From Patescibacteria group bacterium (GTDB lineage Bacteria; Patescibacteriota; Patescibacteriia; JAQUQO01), in assembly GCA_028716045.1 (NCBI GenBank), contig JAQUQO010000001.1, positions 128,942-192,941 on the forward strand: a stretch of DNA of 64,000 bases, read 5' to 3'. The stretch's first letter is position 1, and each line of letters begins with the position of its first letter. Both the position numbers and the translations under genes were made by a program. The notes beneath the pieces were generated by a model. It was not told where the DNA came from, did not search any database, and was given only the letters and a program-made list of their open reading frames with translations. Of the stretch, positions 36,785 to 48,412 are shown piece by piece.

Positions 36785-37018
36785 TTATTCTTTCCCTTTG
36801 TTTGGATTTTCGTTTGGATAACAACAAAGCACGTTATCTAAATATTCTACGCCGCAAAAATATTTGCAGATAGACGTGTTTTTGACTGCGCACTTATGTT
36901 CGTTGGTTTTTTCTGCGACATTCCACGGACACTTCATTTGCTTCCAGGACACATTTTTCTCAGAGGTTAAATCAATATCCATGTTTGCCCCGTCAAATTT
37001 ATTGATATGTTCGTCCAT
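36785..37018 (-). CDS. hypothetical Cys-rich small protein
   Basis: 77 aa with 8 Cys. No recognisable family. Confidence 0.3.
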   Translation of the reverse strand: MDEHINKFDGANMDIDLTSEKNVSWKQMKCPWNVAEKTNEHKCAVKNTSICKYFCGVEYLDNVLCCYPNENPNKGKE

Positions 37019-37045
37019 AATAATAATTTTATATCCCTCCGAGTT

Positions 37046-37068
37046 GGTTCAATCTTGCAGATTGAACC
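37046..37068. repeat. REP-like hairpin (copy 1): ggttcaatct-tgc-agattgaacc
   Basis: 10-bp stem with a 3-nt loop, directly 3' of the RAYT gene. Near-identical copies at 37605 and 38483. Confidence 0.65.
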
Positions 37069-37073
37069 TTTTC

Positions 37074-37574
37074 TTAATTTCTCTTATCCGCCAATTCCAG
37101 CAAATTTTCCGGATTAGCCGAAGACCAAATCCAATCTTCGGGACGTTTGACGTATTGTTTTCTGACCGGGTTTTGTTCTATATAATTTACTTTCTGCAGA
37201 TAGAATTTTTCGTTTTCAATAAGTTCCGGCCAATTTTTCGGTTGCCAGAATTGATAAGTATCATTTTCTTTAAAAAGTTCAAGGACGCGAGGCTCGGTTT
37301 CTGATAGATTCTTCTTTAATTCTTTTGAAGTAAAAGTTTTAAAATCTCTTGTAAAACCCGCAAGATCACTATTCTCAGCTATAAGATGGATGTGATTAAG
37401 CATGAAGACCCAGGCGTATATTTTTAAACTTTTATTATTCTGGCAGTATTGCAGAGAATTAAGCAGGATATTCCAGCGGTCATATCTGTCAAAAAGGTAG
37501 TACCAACGTTTAACTGTAAAAGTTAGAAAATGTATTTTGTTTTTTAATTCTTTGCTGATGCGAGGCGATGGCAT
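37074..37574 (-). mobile_element. REP-associated tyrosine transposase (RAYT / IS200-IS605 TnpA-like HUH endonuclease)
   Basis: 166 aa. HUH motif in FMLNHIHLIAE. Conserved C-terminal Tyr region. Flanked on both sides by REP hairpins. Confidence 0.7.
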
Positions 37575-37604
37575 TTTAGAAAGTTAAAATGAAAAGAAAG
37601 TTAT

Positions 37605-37678
37605 GGTTCAATCTGTAAGATTGAACCAACGGAAGGCTCTGCAAGAGCCGTAACTAGATATACGCTGTTATGTGCTGT
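37605..37678. repeat. REP copy 2 (ggttcaatct-gta-agattgaacc) followed by a second hairpin module, ggctctgcaagagcc-gtaacYagatatacgcYgttat
   Basis: The module at 37633-37678 recurs at 54995-55040 with about 90% identity. Confidence 0.6.
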
Positions 37679-37735
37679 AGTGAAAAGCAATAGCCGTCCC
37701 GAAGGGCGGCTATTATATTTTTGGTAATTTACTTT

Positions 37736-38293
37736 TTATAACTCTAAATAACCCTTTGCAACCCATTCAGCCAGCCATCCTGCACGATATTCATCATAAT
37801 TTTCAGGCAATTCGAATTTTCCTTCAGATGCTTGTTTTTGAATAATCCCGTCAAGTTTTTTTACTTCTTCAGGTGTCATCTTCTTTGCTAATTCGTCGAC
37901 GGCAACATCTCTTTTTGTTGAAGCTGCCATAAGATCTGGTTGTGATACGTCGTCACTTTCGCCCATTCTCTCACGAATTAAGTTGGCAACAGCCGAAGCC
38001 GTTTCAGCTATCTGCGGAAACTTTGCATCTGGGTAGACATCCCTTAATTGTTCCTGTATAGAAAATGGGTGAAATCTTTGCGCAGTTTCCCTTTTCCTTA
38101 TGATTTCGCTGTAATTATTTTGGAATTTTATTGCGGCTTCAAGAATTTCACCTTTTGGTAAATCTTTTAAAGCACCAATTGCTTCTTGTCTAGCTTTATC
38201 CATTGCTATTGTGATTTTCTCGGTTTCAGACGTTGCTTTGCTTTCATGCCCTTGAGATGGCGTTTCACCTTTAAATTTAAATTTTTCTGACAT
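37736..38293 (-). CDS. hypothetical protein (cargo between REP copies)
   Basis: 185 aa, hydrophilic, no recognisable motifs. Confidence 0.45.
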   Translation of the reverse strand: MSEKFKFKGETPSQGHESKATSETEKITIAMDKARQEAIGALKDLPKGEILEAAIKFQNNYSEIIRKRETAQRFHPFSIQEQLRDVYPDAKFPQIAETASAVANLIRERMGESDDVSQPDLMAASTKRDVAVDELAKKMTPEEVKKLDGIIQKQASEGKFELPENYDEYRAGWLAEWVAKGYLEL

Positions 38294-38482
38294 AATATTT
38301 TCGTTAGTTAATAAATTATTTGATAAGTTATGGCGACCTTGCCTAAAAGTAAATTACCAAAGATATTAAAAATTGTCAAACAATTTTTGGCTTTTCACTA
38401 TGGCACATAACTCGTCCTTATGTGTAAACAATGCGTATTAAGTACATAGTTTGGTATTAAAAATGAATTCGGAGTAGGTTCA

Positions 38483-38505
38483 GGTTCAATCTTGCAGATT
38501 AAACC
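38483..38505. repeat. REP copy 3: ggttcaatct-tgc-agattaaacc
   Basis: Same orientation and flank (ttt(c/t)c) as copy 1. Lies 8 nt from the gyrB stop. Confidence 0.6.
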
Positions 38506-38513
38506 TTTCCATT

Positions 38514-40613
<2,100 letters not shown>

Positions 40614-40737
40614 CTATTTACTTGTCGTTGATATTTATTAAAATTGTTATATTATCTTAGCATAAAAACAGGTAGGGCGCAAGGGGTTTTAAAGCGTTTA
40701 TTGCTTTTTTTTGCAGGGGATAAATTAGTTTATAGAT

Positions 40738-40806
40738 GCCCTCCCACCACCCTGTCCCTATCCCAAGTCCTCGGGACGGGACGCCCCTCCTCAGGCAGGA
40801 GGGGAA
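40738..40806. repeat. ~65-bp GC-rich two-hairpin element (direct-repeat copy A)
   Basis: caccaccctgtccctatcccaagtcctcgggacgggacgcccctcctcaggcaggagggg. About 85% identical to 42417-42480, in the same orientation. Confidence 0.6.
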
Positions 40807-40883
40807 GTTTGGTTTTTTATTATACTGGTTTGACAAAACGGCAAAAATATGGTATATTTTACTAATAAAAATAACCATTTTTT

Positions 40884-42404
40884 ATGGGTAATTTAGAAGA
40901 AAATAAAAGGTCTATTAAAGGGTCTAAAGAATATGGGGAATTTTTAAAAGAATTGGATAAATCTCCCGCTCCGGAGGTGAGTGCGGAAGAAATCGGAAGG
41001 TTCAAAGAAGAAATTGATAAAGAAATTGAATTTGACAAATTCAGAGAAGAACTGGATAAAATCCCCGCCAAAAAAGTTGAACGGCGTTTAGGGAAGAAGA
41101 GTGATTATTATCGCCGCTTTTATAGTAGAGTTTATGAGTTATCAGGCAGAAATAGGGAAGCGGAATTGGATAAAATAGAAAAAGAACTGGACGACCAGCA
41201 GATTTTTCTTGATGCGGAAGAGAAAAAATTAGCGGCGGAAGCGATGGGCAGCAGAAAAATTTCCAAAGAACTTAAGTCCAGGATTCTTAATTATAATAGA
41301 ACCGCTGATGAGATTAAAATCAAAAGGACGGCTTATAACGCCTTGGTTAAGAATTTTCAGGATTTGAAATTTACCGCAGATGAAAGGGATGTTGTTGAAA
41401 AACCATGGAAAGTTCACGGGGTGACCGAGGCCGATTTTCTTCCGGAAGAACCGGTTGAGGAGAGCGAAATTCCTCCCGAACTTACTCCGGCGGAAGAACA
41501 ACGGCTAGAAAAAGAAGCGGAGATAAAAGAGCGCGCCAGACGTTTGCGTTCGCCGGAAAAGACAGTGGAAATTGCGCCGGATTACGAAGCGGAAATTAAA
41601 AAGATGGAGGCGGCCGACGCAGAAGCTATAAAAAAATTAGAGGCCCAGATTAAGAGCGTTAAAAAATCCCCGCACCTCGCCGGAATAGTCCAGGGTTTCA
41701 AACCCAAAGAATTTGTAGCCAAAAGCAACCGTTTGTTTGACCTTGAAGAAGAACTTGTTTCCCAGGGATTTGTGCCGGGCCACCCGATTAAAAATTTTTT
41801 CAACAAACCGTTTGATAAAAACTACAGAAAATCAGTAAAAGAATTTAATGTTTTAAATAAGGACGTGGCGGCCCAGACGGATATCGTGGAAAATTATCTG
41901 GAGCTGGCTGATTCAGTTTCACCGGTGGAAGAGAGAGAAATGTTCGCCAGCAGAGAGAGGCCGATGGAAGAGGAACTGGCGTTCTATAAAAAAGAAATAA
42001 ATGCGCTGGAGAGCAAAATAAGGGAAGCGATAAGGAGAGACAAAGAAAATGCCGAGAGGATTGATTTTTCGGCCAAGGATTATTTTATTGATTTTATCTC
42101 CGTGACGAAATTGCAGGATAAGCTGATAAATAATTTTGGTTTTTTTATCGGTCAGGGCGGGGGTAGAAATTTGTGGGAGGCGATAAAAAGGGGCAATGTC
42201 AATGTTTATAGAAAATTTAAAAAAGACCACGATGGATTTTTAAGCGATTTAAATCAAAAAGATAGAATCTTAAAGTTATGCCTGGGCGCTGAGGCCCTGG
42301 AGAAAACGCGCCGGGCGATTAAGCATTTCCCTCAGCCAGAACTAATTGACCGTTTAGAGATGGCCTTAAAGAGAACGAATTTGGATAAAGAAAAAGCAGC
42401 TTGA
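40884..42404 (+). CDS. hypothetical coiled-coil, E/K-rich protein flanked by direct repeats
   Basis: 506 aa. Highly charged heptad-like sequence. No catalytic motifs. Confidence 0.45.
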   Translation: MGNLEENKRSIKGSKEYGEFLKELDKSPAPEVSAEEIGRFKEEIDKEIEFDKFREELDKIPAKKVERRLGKKSDYYRRFYSRVYELSGRNREAELDKIEKELDDQQIFLDAEEKKLAAEAMGSRKISKELKSRILNYNRTADEIKIKRTAYNALVKNFQDLKFTADERDVVEKPWKVHGVTEADFLPEEPVEESEIPPELTPAEEQRLEKEAEIKERARRLRSPEKTVEIAPDYEAEIKKMEAADAEAIKKLEAQIKSVKKSPHLAGIVQGFKPKEFVAKSNRLFDLEEELVSQGFVPGHPIKNFFNKPFDKNYRKSVKEFNVLNKDVAAQTDIVENYLELADSVSPVEEREMFASRERPMEEELAFYKKEINALESKIREAIRRDKENAERIDFSAKDYFIDFISVTKLQDKLINNFGFFIGQGGGRNLWEAIKRGNVNVYRKFKKDHDGFLSDLNQKDRILKLCLGAEALEKTRRAIKHFPQPELIDRLEMALKRTNLDKEKAA

Positions 42405-42416
42405 TTTTAAAATTTT

Positions 42417-42480
42417 CACCACCCCGTCCCGATACCGAGTCCTCGGGACGGGACGCCCTTCCTCAACAAGGAAGGGAATG
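42417..42480. repeat. ~65-bp GC-rich two-hairpin element (direct-repeat copy B)
   Basis: caccaccccgtcccgataccgagtcctcgggacgggacgcccttcctcaacaaggaaggg. Confidence 0.6.
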
Positions 42481-42512
42481 GTTAAGCGTATTTTTAAAAA
42501 CCGTTTAAAATA

Positions 42513-42541
42513 AAAAAGCCCTGGTTTTAGCCGGGGCTTTT
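42513..42541. terminator. bidirectional intrinsic terminator
   Basis: aaaagccctgg-ttttag-ccggggctttt flanked by A-runs and T-runs. Confidence 0.45.
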
Positions 42542-43159
42542 GAATACAAGGATTTTATCCAGTTTTTGGGAGTTGGTAATTGGCCTTTTGCCGTTTTTGC
42601 CGTTTTTTGTCCGATAGCCGTTTATTTTTTCTTCCTCCGGCGGGTAGACAAATTTAAATTCCGGGCCGTCTTCTCCCCATTGCAGGGTTATGGCTTTTAT
42701 GAAGTTTGAATCAAAAAGCCATTTAAATGCGTCTCGGTTGGCGGCGATATTCTGCGGCACAAGCGTCAGGCGGCTTTTGCAGGTTTTACCTTCGTTTTTT
42801 TCATCAATAACCGCGTTAATTTTGAAAAAGGACGCCTTGCCATCGCTGCCATGGAGCAGGAATCTGATTTTCGCCCACCAATCGTTGAAGAAGCGACTGC
42901 GGGTGCTAAATTCCACTTCCACTTTTTTCCTGCGGCTTTTCCGCCAAGGAGCGCCGCCCGGTGTCACGCTAAGCACTCTAATCCCGCACCCATTTTTAGC
43001 AAAGTATTCTTTCAGACCTTCTTCGCCGAGGTTTACGAGATTTTTATCGCCAGGTTCTTCTTTAAGGGGTTTCCGGTAAAGCCAAAGCGCAGTCACAAAT
43101 TTTTTAATTAACACCAAATATTCCCAAATATACCAAAGAATATCTTGAATGAGAGTCAT
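42527..43159 (-). CDS. hypothetical protein with an N-terminal TM helix
   Basis: 210 aa. Driven by a TTGACA-16-TAAAAT promoter at 43205-43232 (minus). Confidence 0.45.
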   Translation of the reverse strand: MTLIQDILWYIWEYLVLIKKFVTALWLYRKPLKEEPGDKNLVNLGEEGLKEYFAKNGCGIRVLSVTPGGAPWRKSRRKKVEVEFSTRSRFFNDWWAKIRFLLHGSDGKASFFKINAVIDEKNEGKTCKSRLTLVPQNIAANRDAFKWLFDSNFIKAITLQWGEDGPEFKFVYPPEEEKINGYRTKNGKNGKRPITNSQKLDKILVFKSPG

Positions 43160-43474
43160 TTTATACTCCCTCCTTCTTGTTGTTAAAGTTCCTAGTAACT
43201 TTGTATTTTACACCAATTGGGTTTTTTGTCAAGTGAAATTTATAAGAAAAGCCGTACCTACACATAGAAGTACGGCTTTTTAGATATCCATCTTGGCTTG
43301 CTCTCCGGGTATTCCCAAAGTATCCCTCAAGATACAGGCTACCGTAACGGAATCGCCAGGACTACCCTTAAGGAGAAGCGAAGTAAGATGGTGTTTTAAG
43401 AATACTAAATCATTAAACTTTTTACAAGATAGTAATTTGTCCCCAGCGTTATTTTATGCTATAATGCGAATAAT

Positions 43475-44380
43475 ATGGAAGAGAAGAATTCTATTTCGCC
43501 CATAAGCGACAAAGAGTTAAAATTCGGCTATTGGTTTTTAACCAAAAAACAGTTTTTTAAAAACCTGCTGGTGGCGTTTTTGATTTTATTAAATGTTATG
43601 GTGTGGGGTTATTCGTTTTGGAAGGTTATGCAGGATTTTATCATCAATCTGCCGGAGCGGGAACGCCTGTTGAGTATTTTGCCGCAGGACCTGGCTAATT
43701 TCAAAGGTTTAAGGGCGCAGAATGAACCGTCAGCGCCGGAAATTTCTTCAGTAGAGGTGATTTCCACGGGGCAGGGGAGATATGATTTCGTAGCCAGAAT
43801 TAAAAATCCCAATAGCGCTTGGGCGGTGTCTTCTTTTAATTATCAATTCAGAAGCCCGGGTTTTAATTCGGAAAAACTCAAAGGATTTATTCTGCCCGGT
43901 GAAGAAAAATTTATTATGAAACTCGGGGCGATAAGTTCCAGCCGCCCATCGGGTGTGATTGTTGATATTTCCGATGTCAGATGGCAAAGAGTAAACGCTC
44001 ACGAGATAACGAATTATCAAGATTTTTATAACAGCCGTTTGGGTTTGAAAATTGAGAATATCAAATTTAATTATTCAAGCGCCCTTGGCTTGGGCGAGAA
44101 ATTGCCGGTGAGTTCCGCGACTTTTGATGTTTATAACAATACCGCTTATAATTATTGGCAGGTCGGTTTTTACGTGTCGTTATACCGCGGGGGGACACTG
44201 GCCGCTGTTAATTATGTGACCGCTAAAGAGTTTAAATCCGGAGACCGGGTGTCGCTGGAGGCGCGCTGGTTTGAACCGCTGTCTTCGGTTTCAGAAGTGA
44301 GGATAGAGCCGGAAGTGAACATTCTGGCGCCGGAAGTTTACATGGAATTTAAGGGAACGTCGGAGGGGTGGAGGAGATAA
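43475..44380 (+). CDS. hypothetical membrane-anchored extracytoplasmic protein
   Basis: 301 aa with an N-terminal TM helix. Promoter TTGTCC-17-TATAAT at ~43431-43460. Upstream of ftsW/rodA. Confidence 0.45.
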   Translation: MEEKNSISPISDKELKFGYWFLTKKQFFKNLLVAFLILLNVMVWGYSFWKVMQDFIINLPERERLLSILPQDLANFKGLRAQNEPSAPEISSVEVISTGQGRYDFVARIKNPNSAWAVSSFNYQFRSPGFNSEKLKGFILPGEEKFIMKLGAISSSRPSGVIVDISDVRWQRVNAHEITNYQDFYNSRLGLKIENIKFNYSSALGLGEKLPVSSATFDVYNNTAYNYWQVGFYVSLYRGGTLAAVNYVTAKEFKSGDRVSLEARWFEPLSSVSEVRIEPEVNILAPEVYMEFKGTSEGWRR

Positions 44381-44386
44381 ATTCAA

Positions 44387-45481
44387 ATGCTTAGAAATTT
44401 TTTTTCTTATTTCAGGAGGTTTGACTGGCTTTTAATTTTAGCTGTTTTTCTCTTGGTTTGCTTCGGGCTGGCGGCCATTTACAGTATTGCCCTTAGTCAA
44501 GAGACGGCTAATTTTTTTAATTTTAAAAAACAGATAGCCGGAGCGATTATCGGTTTTGGGTTTCTTTTTCTGGCACCGCTCATTGATTATAAAATTTTCA
44601 GGATTTACAACCGATTTTTTTACGCCGCCGCCTTTCTTCTGCTGGCGGCCGTTCTTGTTTTTGGTAAAACTATCCGCGGCACCACCGGCTGGTTTGATTT
44701 TGGTGGTTTAAGTTTTCAGCCGGTGGAGCTGGCCAAATTGTTTTTAATTATTTTTTTAGCCGCTTATTTTGCTTTACAGTCGCGCGGGGAAAAATCTTTT
44801 CGCCAAATCGCGGTCAGCGGAGTGGCGACGGCGGCGCTTTGCGCCCTCGTCCTTCGCCAGCCGGATTTGGGTTCCGCCGCCCTGCTCTTTATTATTTGGT
44901 TTGGGTTGCTCTTATTACGAGGCATCAGCCGCCGGCACTTATTCATTCTGCTGACAATTTTTTTGATTATTTTTTTAGTCGGGTGGTTTTTTATTTTGCA
45001 AGATTACCAAAAAGACCGCCTCCTCACTTTTATTTACCCGGAACGCGACCCGCTGCAGAGCGGTTATAATGTCAGTCAGTCAATCATCGCCGTCGGTTCG
45101 GGGCAGCTGCTGGGGCGGGGGCTGGGTTTTGGTTCGCAAAGCCAGCTTAAATTTTTACCCGCCAGTCAGACCGATTTTATTTTTGCCGTTTTAGCGGAAG
45201 AGCTGGGCCTGCTCGGCGTAATTTTTATTTTTATTTTTTGGGCGTTGCTTTTTTGGCGGTTGATTTTAGCGGCTAAAAAAGCCCGTGACGATTTCCCCTT
45301 ATTTTTTATTTTGGGCGCGGGCCTGATTTTTTTAAGCCAGTTTTTAATTAATGTCGGCATGAATCTGGGGGTAATGCCCGTGACGGGCGTCACCTTGCCA
45401 TTTATGAGCTTAGGCAGCAGTTCTCTTGTTGCCAGTCTTTTGACCATCGGGATTGTTGAGGGGATAAGAATGAGAAGTTAA
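44387..45481 (+). CDS. ftsW: SEDS family peptidoglycan glycosyltransferase (FtsW/RodA)
   Basis: 364 aa, about 10 TM helices. Conserved SEDS blocks. Confidence 0.8.
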   Translation: MLRNFFSYFRRFDWLLILAVFLLVCFGLAAIYSIALSQETANFFNFKKQIAGAIIGFGFLFLAPLIDYKIFRIYNRFFYAAAFLLLAAVLVFGKTIRGTTGWFDFGGLSFQPVELAKLFLIIFLAAYFALQSRGEKSFRQIAVSGVATAALCALVLRQPDLGSAALLFIIWFGLLLLRGISRRHLFILLTIFLIIFLVGWFFILQDYQKDRLLTFIYPERDPLQSGYNVSQSIIAVGSGQLLGRGLGFGSQSQLKFLPASQTDFIFAVLAEELGLLGVIFIFIFWALLFWRLILAAKKARDDFPLFFILGAGLIFLSQFLINVGMNLGVMPVTGVTLPFMSLGSSSLVASLLTIGIVEGIRMRS

Positions 45482-45525
45482 AATATAATTTAAGCGGTCA
45501 TCGGGCGCCGATATTTTAGATGTCC

Positions 45526-45554
45526 TTGACATCTTTGACGGATTATTTTAGAAT
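45526..45554 (+). promoter_or_regulatory. sigma70 promoter, TTGACA-17-TAGAAT, for rplY
   Basis: ttgaca at 45526-45531. tagaat at 45549-45554. Confidence 0.5.
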
Positions 45555-45585
45555 AAAAACTACACAATAAAAATAAGAAATTTTT

Positions 45586-46278
45586 ATGAAATCATACTTG
45601 TTGGCAGCTGAAGTTAGAAATGCCGGTAAATCTTACAAGATTCGCGAAAAGGGTAAAATCCCGGTGGTTATTTATGGCAAAGGGATTGAGTCGCGGAATT
45701 TAACGGTTGATTATCCTCTTTTTAATAAAATTTACAAAGAAGCCGGAGAAAGTTCGCTGATTGATTTAAAAATTGGCGATGCCGAACCGATTAAGACCCT
45801 GATTCAGGATGTGCAATTTGACCCGGTAAAAAATACGATTCTTCATGCCGATTTCCGGCAGATTAATATGAAGGAGAAAATTACCGCTTCCATTCCTCTT
45901 AAATTTGTCGGCGTGGCTCCGGCGATTAAAGATTTTCAGGGTGTTTTTGTGACCAACCTGCATGAATTGGAAGTGGAATGTTTGCCGGGAGATTTGATAC
46001 ACGAGATTGAGGTTGATATTTCTCCTTTAAAAACTTTTGACGAGATTATTCGCGTTAAGGATTTAGTCGTTCCCAGTTCACTTACTATTAAAAATGGTTT
46101 AGAGGATGTGGTGGCCTTAGTCGCTCCTCCGAGAGAAGAAGAAAAAGAAGTGGCTCCGGTTGAAGAAATGAAAGAGCCGGAACTGGTGGGTAAGGAGAAG
46201 AAAGAAGGCGAGGCAGGGGAAGCGGTTGAAGCGCCTTCCAAAGAAACAGGCAAAGAAGCGCCAGCCGCCAAGAAATAA
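45586..46278 (+). CDS. rplY: 50S ribosomal protein L25 / general stress protein Ctc (long form)
   Basis: 230 aa. N-terminal L25 5S-rRNA-binding domain. A Ctc C-domain and an acidic/Lys tail. Confidence 0.8.
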   Translation: MKSYLLAAEVRNAGKSYKIREKGKIPVVIYGKGIESRNLTVDYPLFNKIYKEAGESSLIDLKIGDAEPIKTLIQDVQFDPVKNTILHADFRQINMKEKITASIPLKFVGVAPAIKDFQGVFVTNLHELEVECLPGDLIHEIEVDISPLKTFDEIIRVKDLVVPSSLTIKNGLEDVVALVAPPREEEKEVAPVEEMKEPELVGKEKKEGEAGEAVEAPSKETGKEAPAAKK

Positions 46279-46288
46279 AAATTTTTCT

Positions 46289-47431
46289 ATGCTGGAGGGA
46301 GATAAGGTGAAAAAAATAAAACGTCTTAAAAAAGTTTTTATCTATATTAAAGAACGGCCGTGGGTATTTTTAATACCGGTTTTAGCGGTGGCCGTTCTTT
46401 TGTTGTCTTATTTTATTTATCGTTTTTGGCTGACCCAACCGGCGCCGGAACCGGCGGGGCCAACGGAAGAAATCGTTGAGCCGCAGAAGAATTTAACGCC
46501 GCGGCGTCTTGACGGCACGCTCGTGGAGGCGGGTAAGGAGAATGTTTACCCGGTGGGGGTGATGATAGAAAATCATTGGGAAGCTCGTCCGCCGTCCGGA
46601 CTCGCCAAAGCCAATCTGGTTTATGAAGTGATGACCGAAGGGGGGATTACCAGATTTCTCGCGGTCTTCGCCAGCGGCGATGAGGTGGAGAAAATCGGTC
46701 CGGTGCGCTCAGCGCGTCCGTATTATCTTGACTGGGTAAGCGAGTTTGACGCTTTGTATATGCATTGCGGCGGCAGTGACGAATCTTTGATTGATATCAA
46801 AAAATACGACATTAATGATTTGAACGAATTTTATTACGGCAAATATTATTGGCGCTCCGGCCGTCCACGTCCGCACAATATCTATACTTCCTCGGATTTT
46901 ATCCGTAGGGCCTTGGAGGCGAGAGAATTAGATAAAGAAATTCCGGCCTACGATTCCTGGATTTATAAAGATGAGGGCGGGGAAGAATGGCATTCGCGGG
47001 CGGATAAGATAACCGTGGATTATGGCAAGCCGGAATTTTTAGTGGAGTGGAGCTATAACCCAGAAACTAATGATTACGCGAGGTTTGTGGCTGAAGAAAA
47101 ACACGCGGATGAAGACAATTCGGAGATTAAAGCGAAAAACGTGGTTGTCCAATATGTCAAAATGTGGACAATTGACGATTATGGCCGCAAAAAGATTGAG
47201 ACGACAGGGGAGGGCAGGGCAATTATTTTTAGAGACGGAGTGGTTATTGACGGCACTTGGAAAAAAGAGAAGCGCACCAGCCGCACTAAGTTTTACGATT
47301 CTACCGGCGACCCCGCGACTTCGTCCCTCAACGAGCGCGGGACTTCGCTCGGGGCAGGGGAAATACAGTTTAACCGCGGCACTACTTGGGTGGAGGTGGT
47401 GTCTAAAGTGCACGAGGTGAAGTGGGAGTAG
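46289..47431 (+). CDS. hypothetical secreted protein (DUF3048-like). Start chosen at MLEGDKVKK, downstream of the rplY stop.
   Basis: Signal-anchor helix followed by a large extracytoplasmic domain. The upstream part of the ORF-track frame (from 46226) overlaps rplY. Confidence 0.4.
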   Translation: MLEGDKVKKIKRLKKVFIYIKERPWVFLIPVLAVAVLLLSYFIYRFWLTQPAPEPAGPTEEIVEPQKNLTPRRLDGTLVEAGKENVYPVGVMIENHWEARPPSGLAKANLVYEVMTEGGITRFLAVFASGDEVEKIGPVRSARPYYLDWVSEFDALYMHCGGSDESLIDIKKYDINDLNEFYYGKYYWRSGRPRPHNIYTSSDFIRRALEARELDKEIPAYDSWIYKDEGGEEWHSRADKITVDYGKPEFLVEWSYNPETNDYARFVAEEKHADEDNSEIKAKNVVVQYVKMWTIDDYGRKKIETTGEGRAIIFRDGVVIDGTWKKEKRTSRTKFYDSTGDPATSSLNERGTSLGAGEIQFNRGTTWVEVVSKVHEVKWE

Positions 47432-47495
47432 CGGAGCTAATTTTTAATTTTAAAAAAGCCGGCATTGTGATGTCGGCTTTAATTTGTTTTTTAAT

Positions 47496-48299
47496 TTAGT
47501 CAGTCGTCAGCCACCCTTTAACTGTTGGCAGCAATTTTTTAATACTAAGGGATATGGCGAAGGCAACTATTTCACTGGCAACAATAAGCATAATGTAAGG
47601 GGCGATTATACCACGGACTGCATATATACCTACAAATCCGCCTACGAGCATACCCGCTATTAGTCCTGCGATTGAGGAGTTTAGGGTGATTTCGGTCGCG
47701 AATGAACCTGCAAATCCGCACCCGACCGCACCCGCGGATAGACCCACTAACGCACTCAAAAACATAGCATCTTTTTTATCCATCAGGCAGCCCTTATCCG
47801 CGAACCAACCTACTCCCGCGGCTAAGGCGGCAGATATAAGTATAGCAGCGTAGAAAACAAAAAGTCTTCTACCCCCCTTGGCCTTTAGCTGGTTTACTAA
47901 ACTGACTATTAAAATACACAGGGCAGGTATTATAAACATAAAAAAGGTGAGTACCCACTCCGCCTTTCTTTCCGTTCGGGTATCCCAAATTTCAACCCAG
48001 TGTTCTTGGCTATAGCCTACTGTCCGATTTGAGAAAACAGCCATCTCTTGCATAGGGAAAGAAAAACGATAGATGTTTTCCCTCCTTACATCTTTAATGA
48101 CAAATTCTTTTTGTTCACCCGTTACGAGTTTGTAGGCCATTTCGGCGGAAATGCCTTCAGGCACGTCGGGAATGCGTTGCTCAACTGTGGACACAATAAG
48201 AGTCCTTTCTTCCAGATAAACTTTTTTCTCCGTTTCAGCTTTCGCCAGCGGATTCGCAAAAGCAATAAAAAAAATCGTCGCAACTAAAATTTTTTTCAT
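47496..48299 (-). CDS. hypothetical membrane protein with a signal peptide
   Basis: 267 aa. Promoter TTGACA-17-TAAGCT at 48378-48406 (minus). That -35 box belongs to a ttgtcaag-N16-ttgacaa palindrome. Confidence 0.45.
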   Translation of the reverse strand: MKKILVATIFFIAFANPLAKAETEKKVYLEERTLIVSTVEQRIPDVPEGISAEMAYKLVTGEQKEFVIKDVRRENIYRFSFPMQEMAVFSNRTVGYSQEHWVEIWDTRTERKAEWVLTFFMFIIPALCILIVSLVNQLKAKGGRRLFVFYAAILISAALAAGVGWFADKGCLMDKKDAMFLSALVGLSAGAVGCGFAGSFATEITLNSSIAGLIAGMLVGGFVGIYAVRGIIAPYIMLIVASEIVAFAISLSIKKLLPTVKGWLTTD

Positions 48300-48412
48300 G
48301 GTTCTAATTCTCCCTGTGGTTTTTTATGGTTTTTAAAACAATTCCTTTATGTTATTTCAAAAAACAAACTTCTCCATAGCTTATCGTATTATCACTATTT
48401 TGTCAAGAGATA

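Noticed and set aside
43286-43430. Possible SRP/4.5S or other small RNA in the 145-nt gap between a hairpin and the 43475 gene promoter
   Set aside because: No GGAA-tetraloop domain IV motif or other recognisable ncRNA signature on either strand. Left unannotated.
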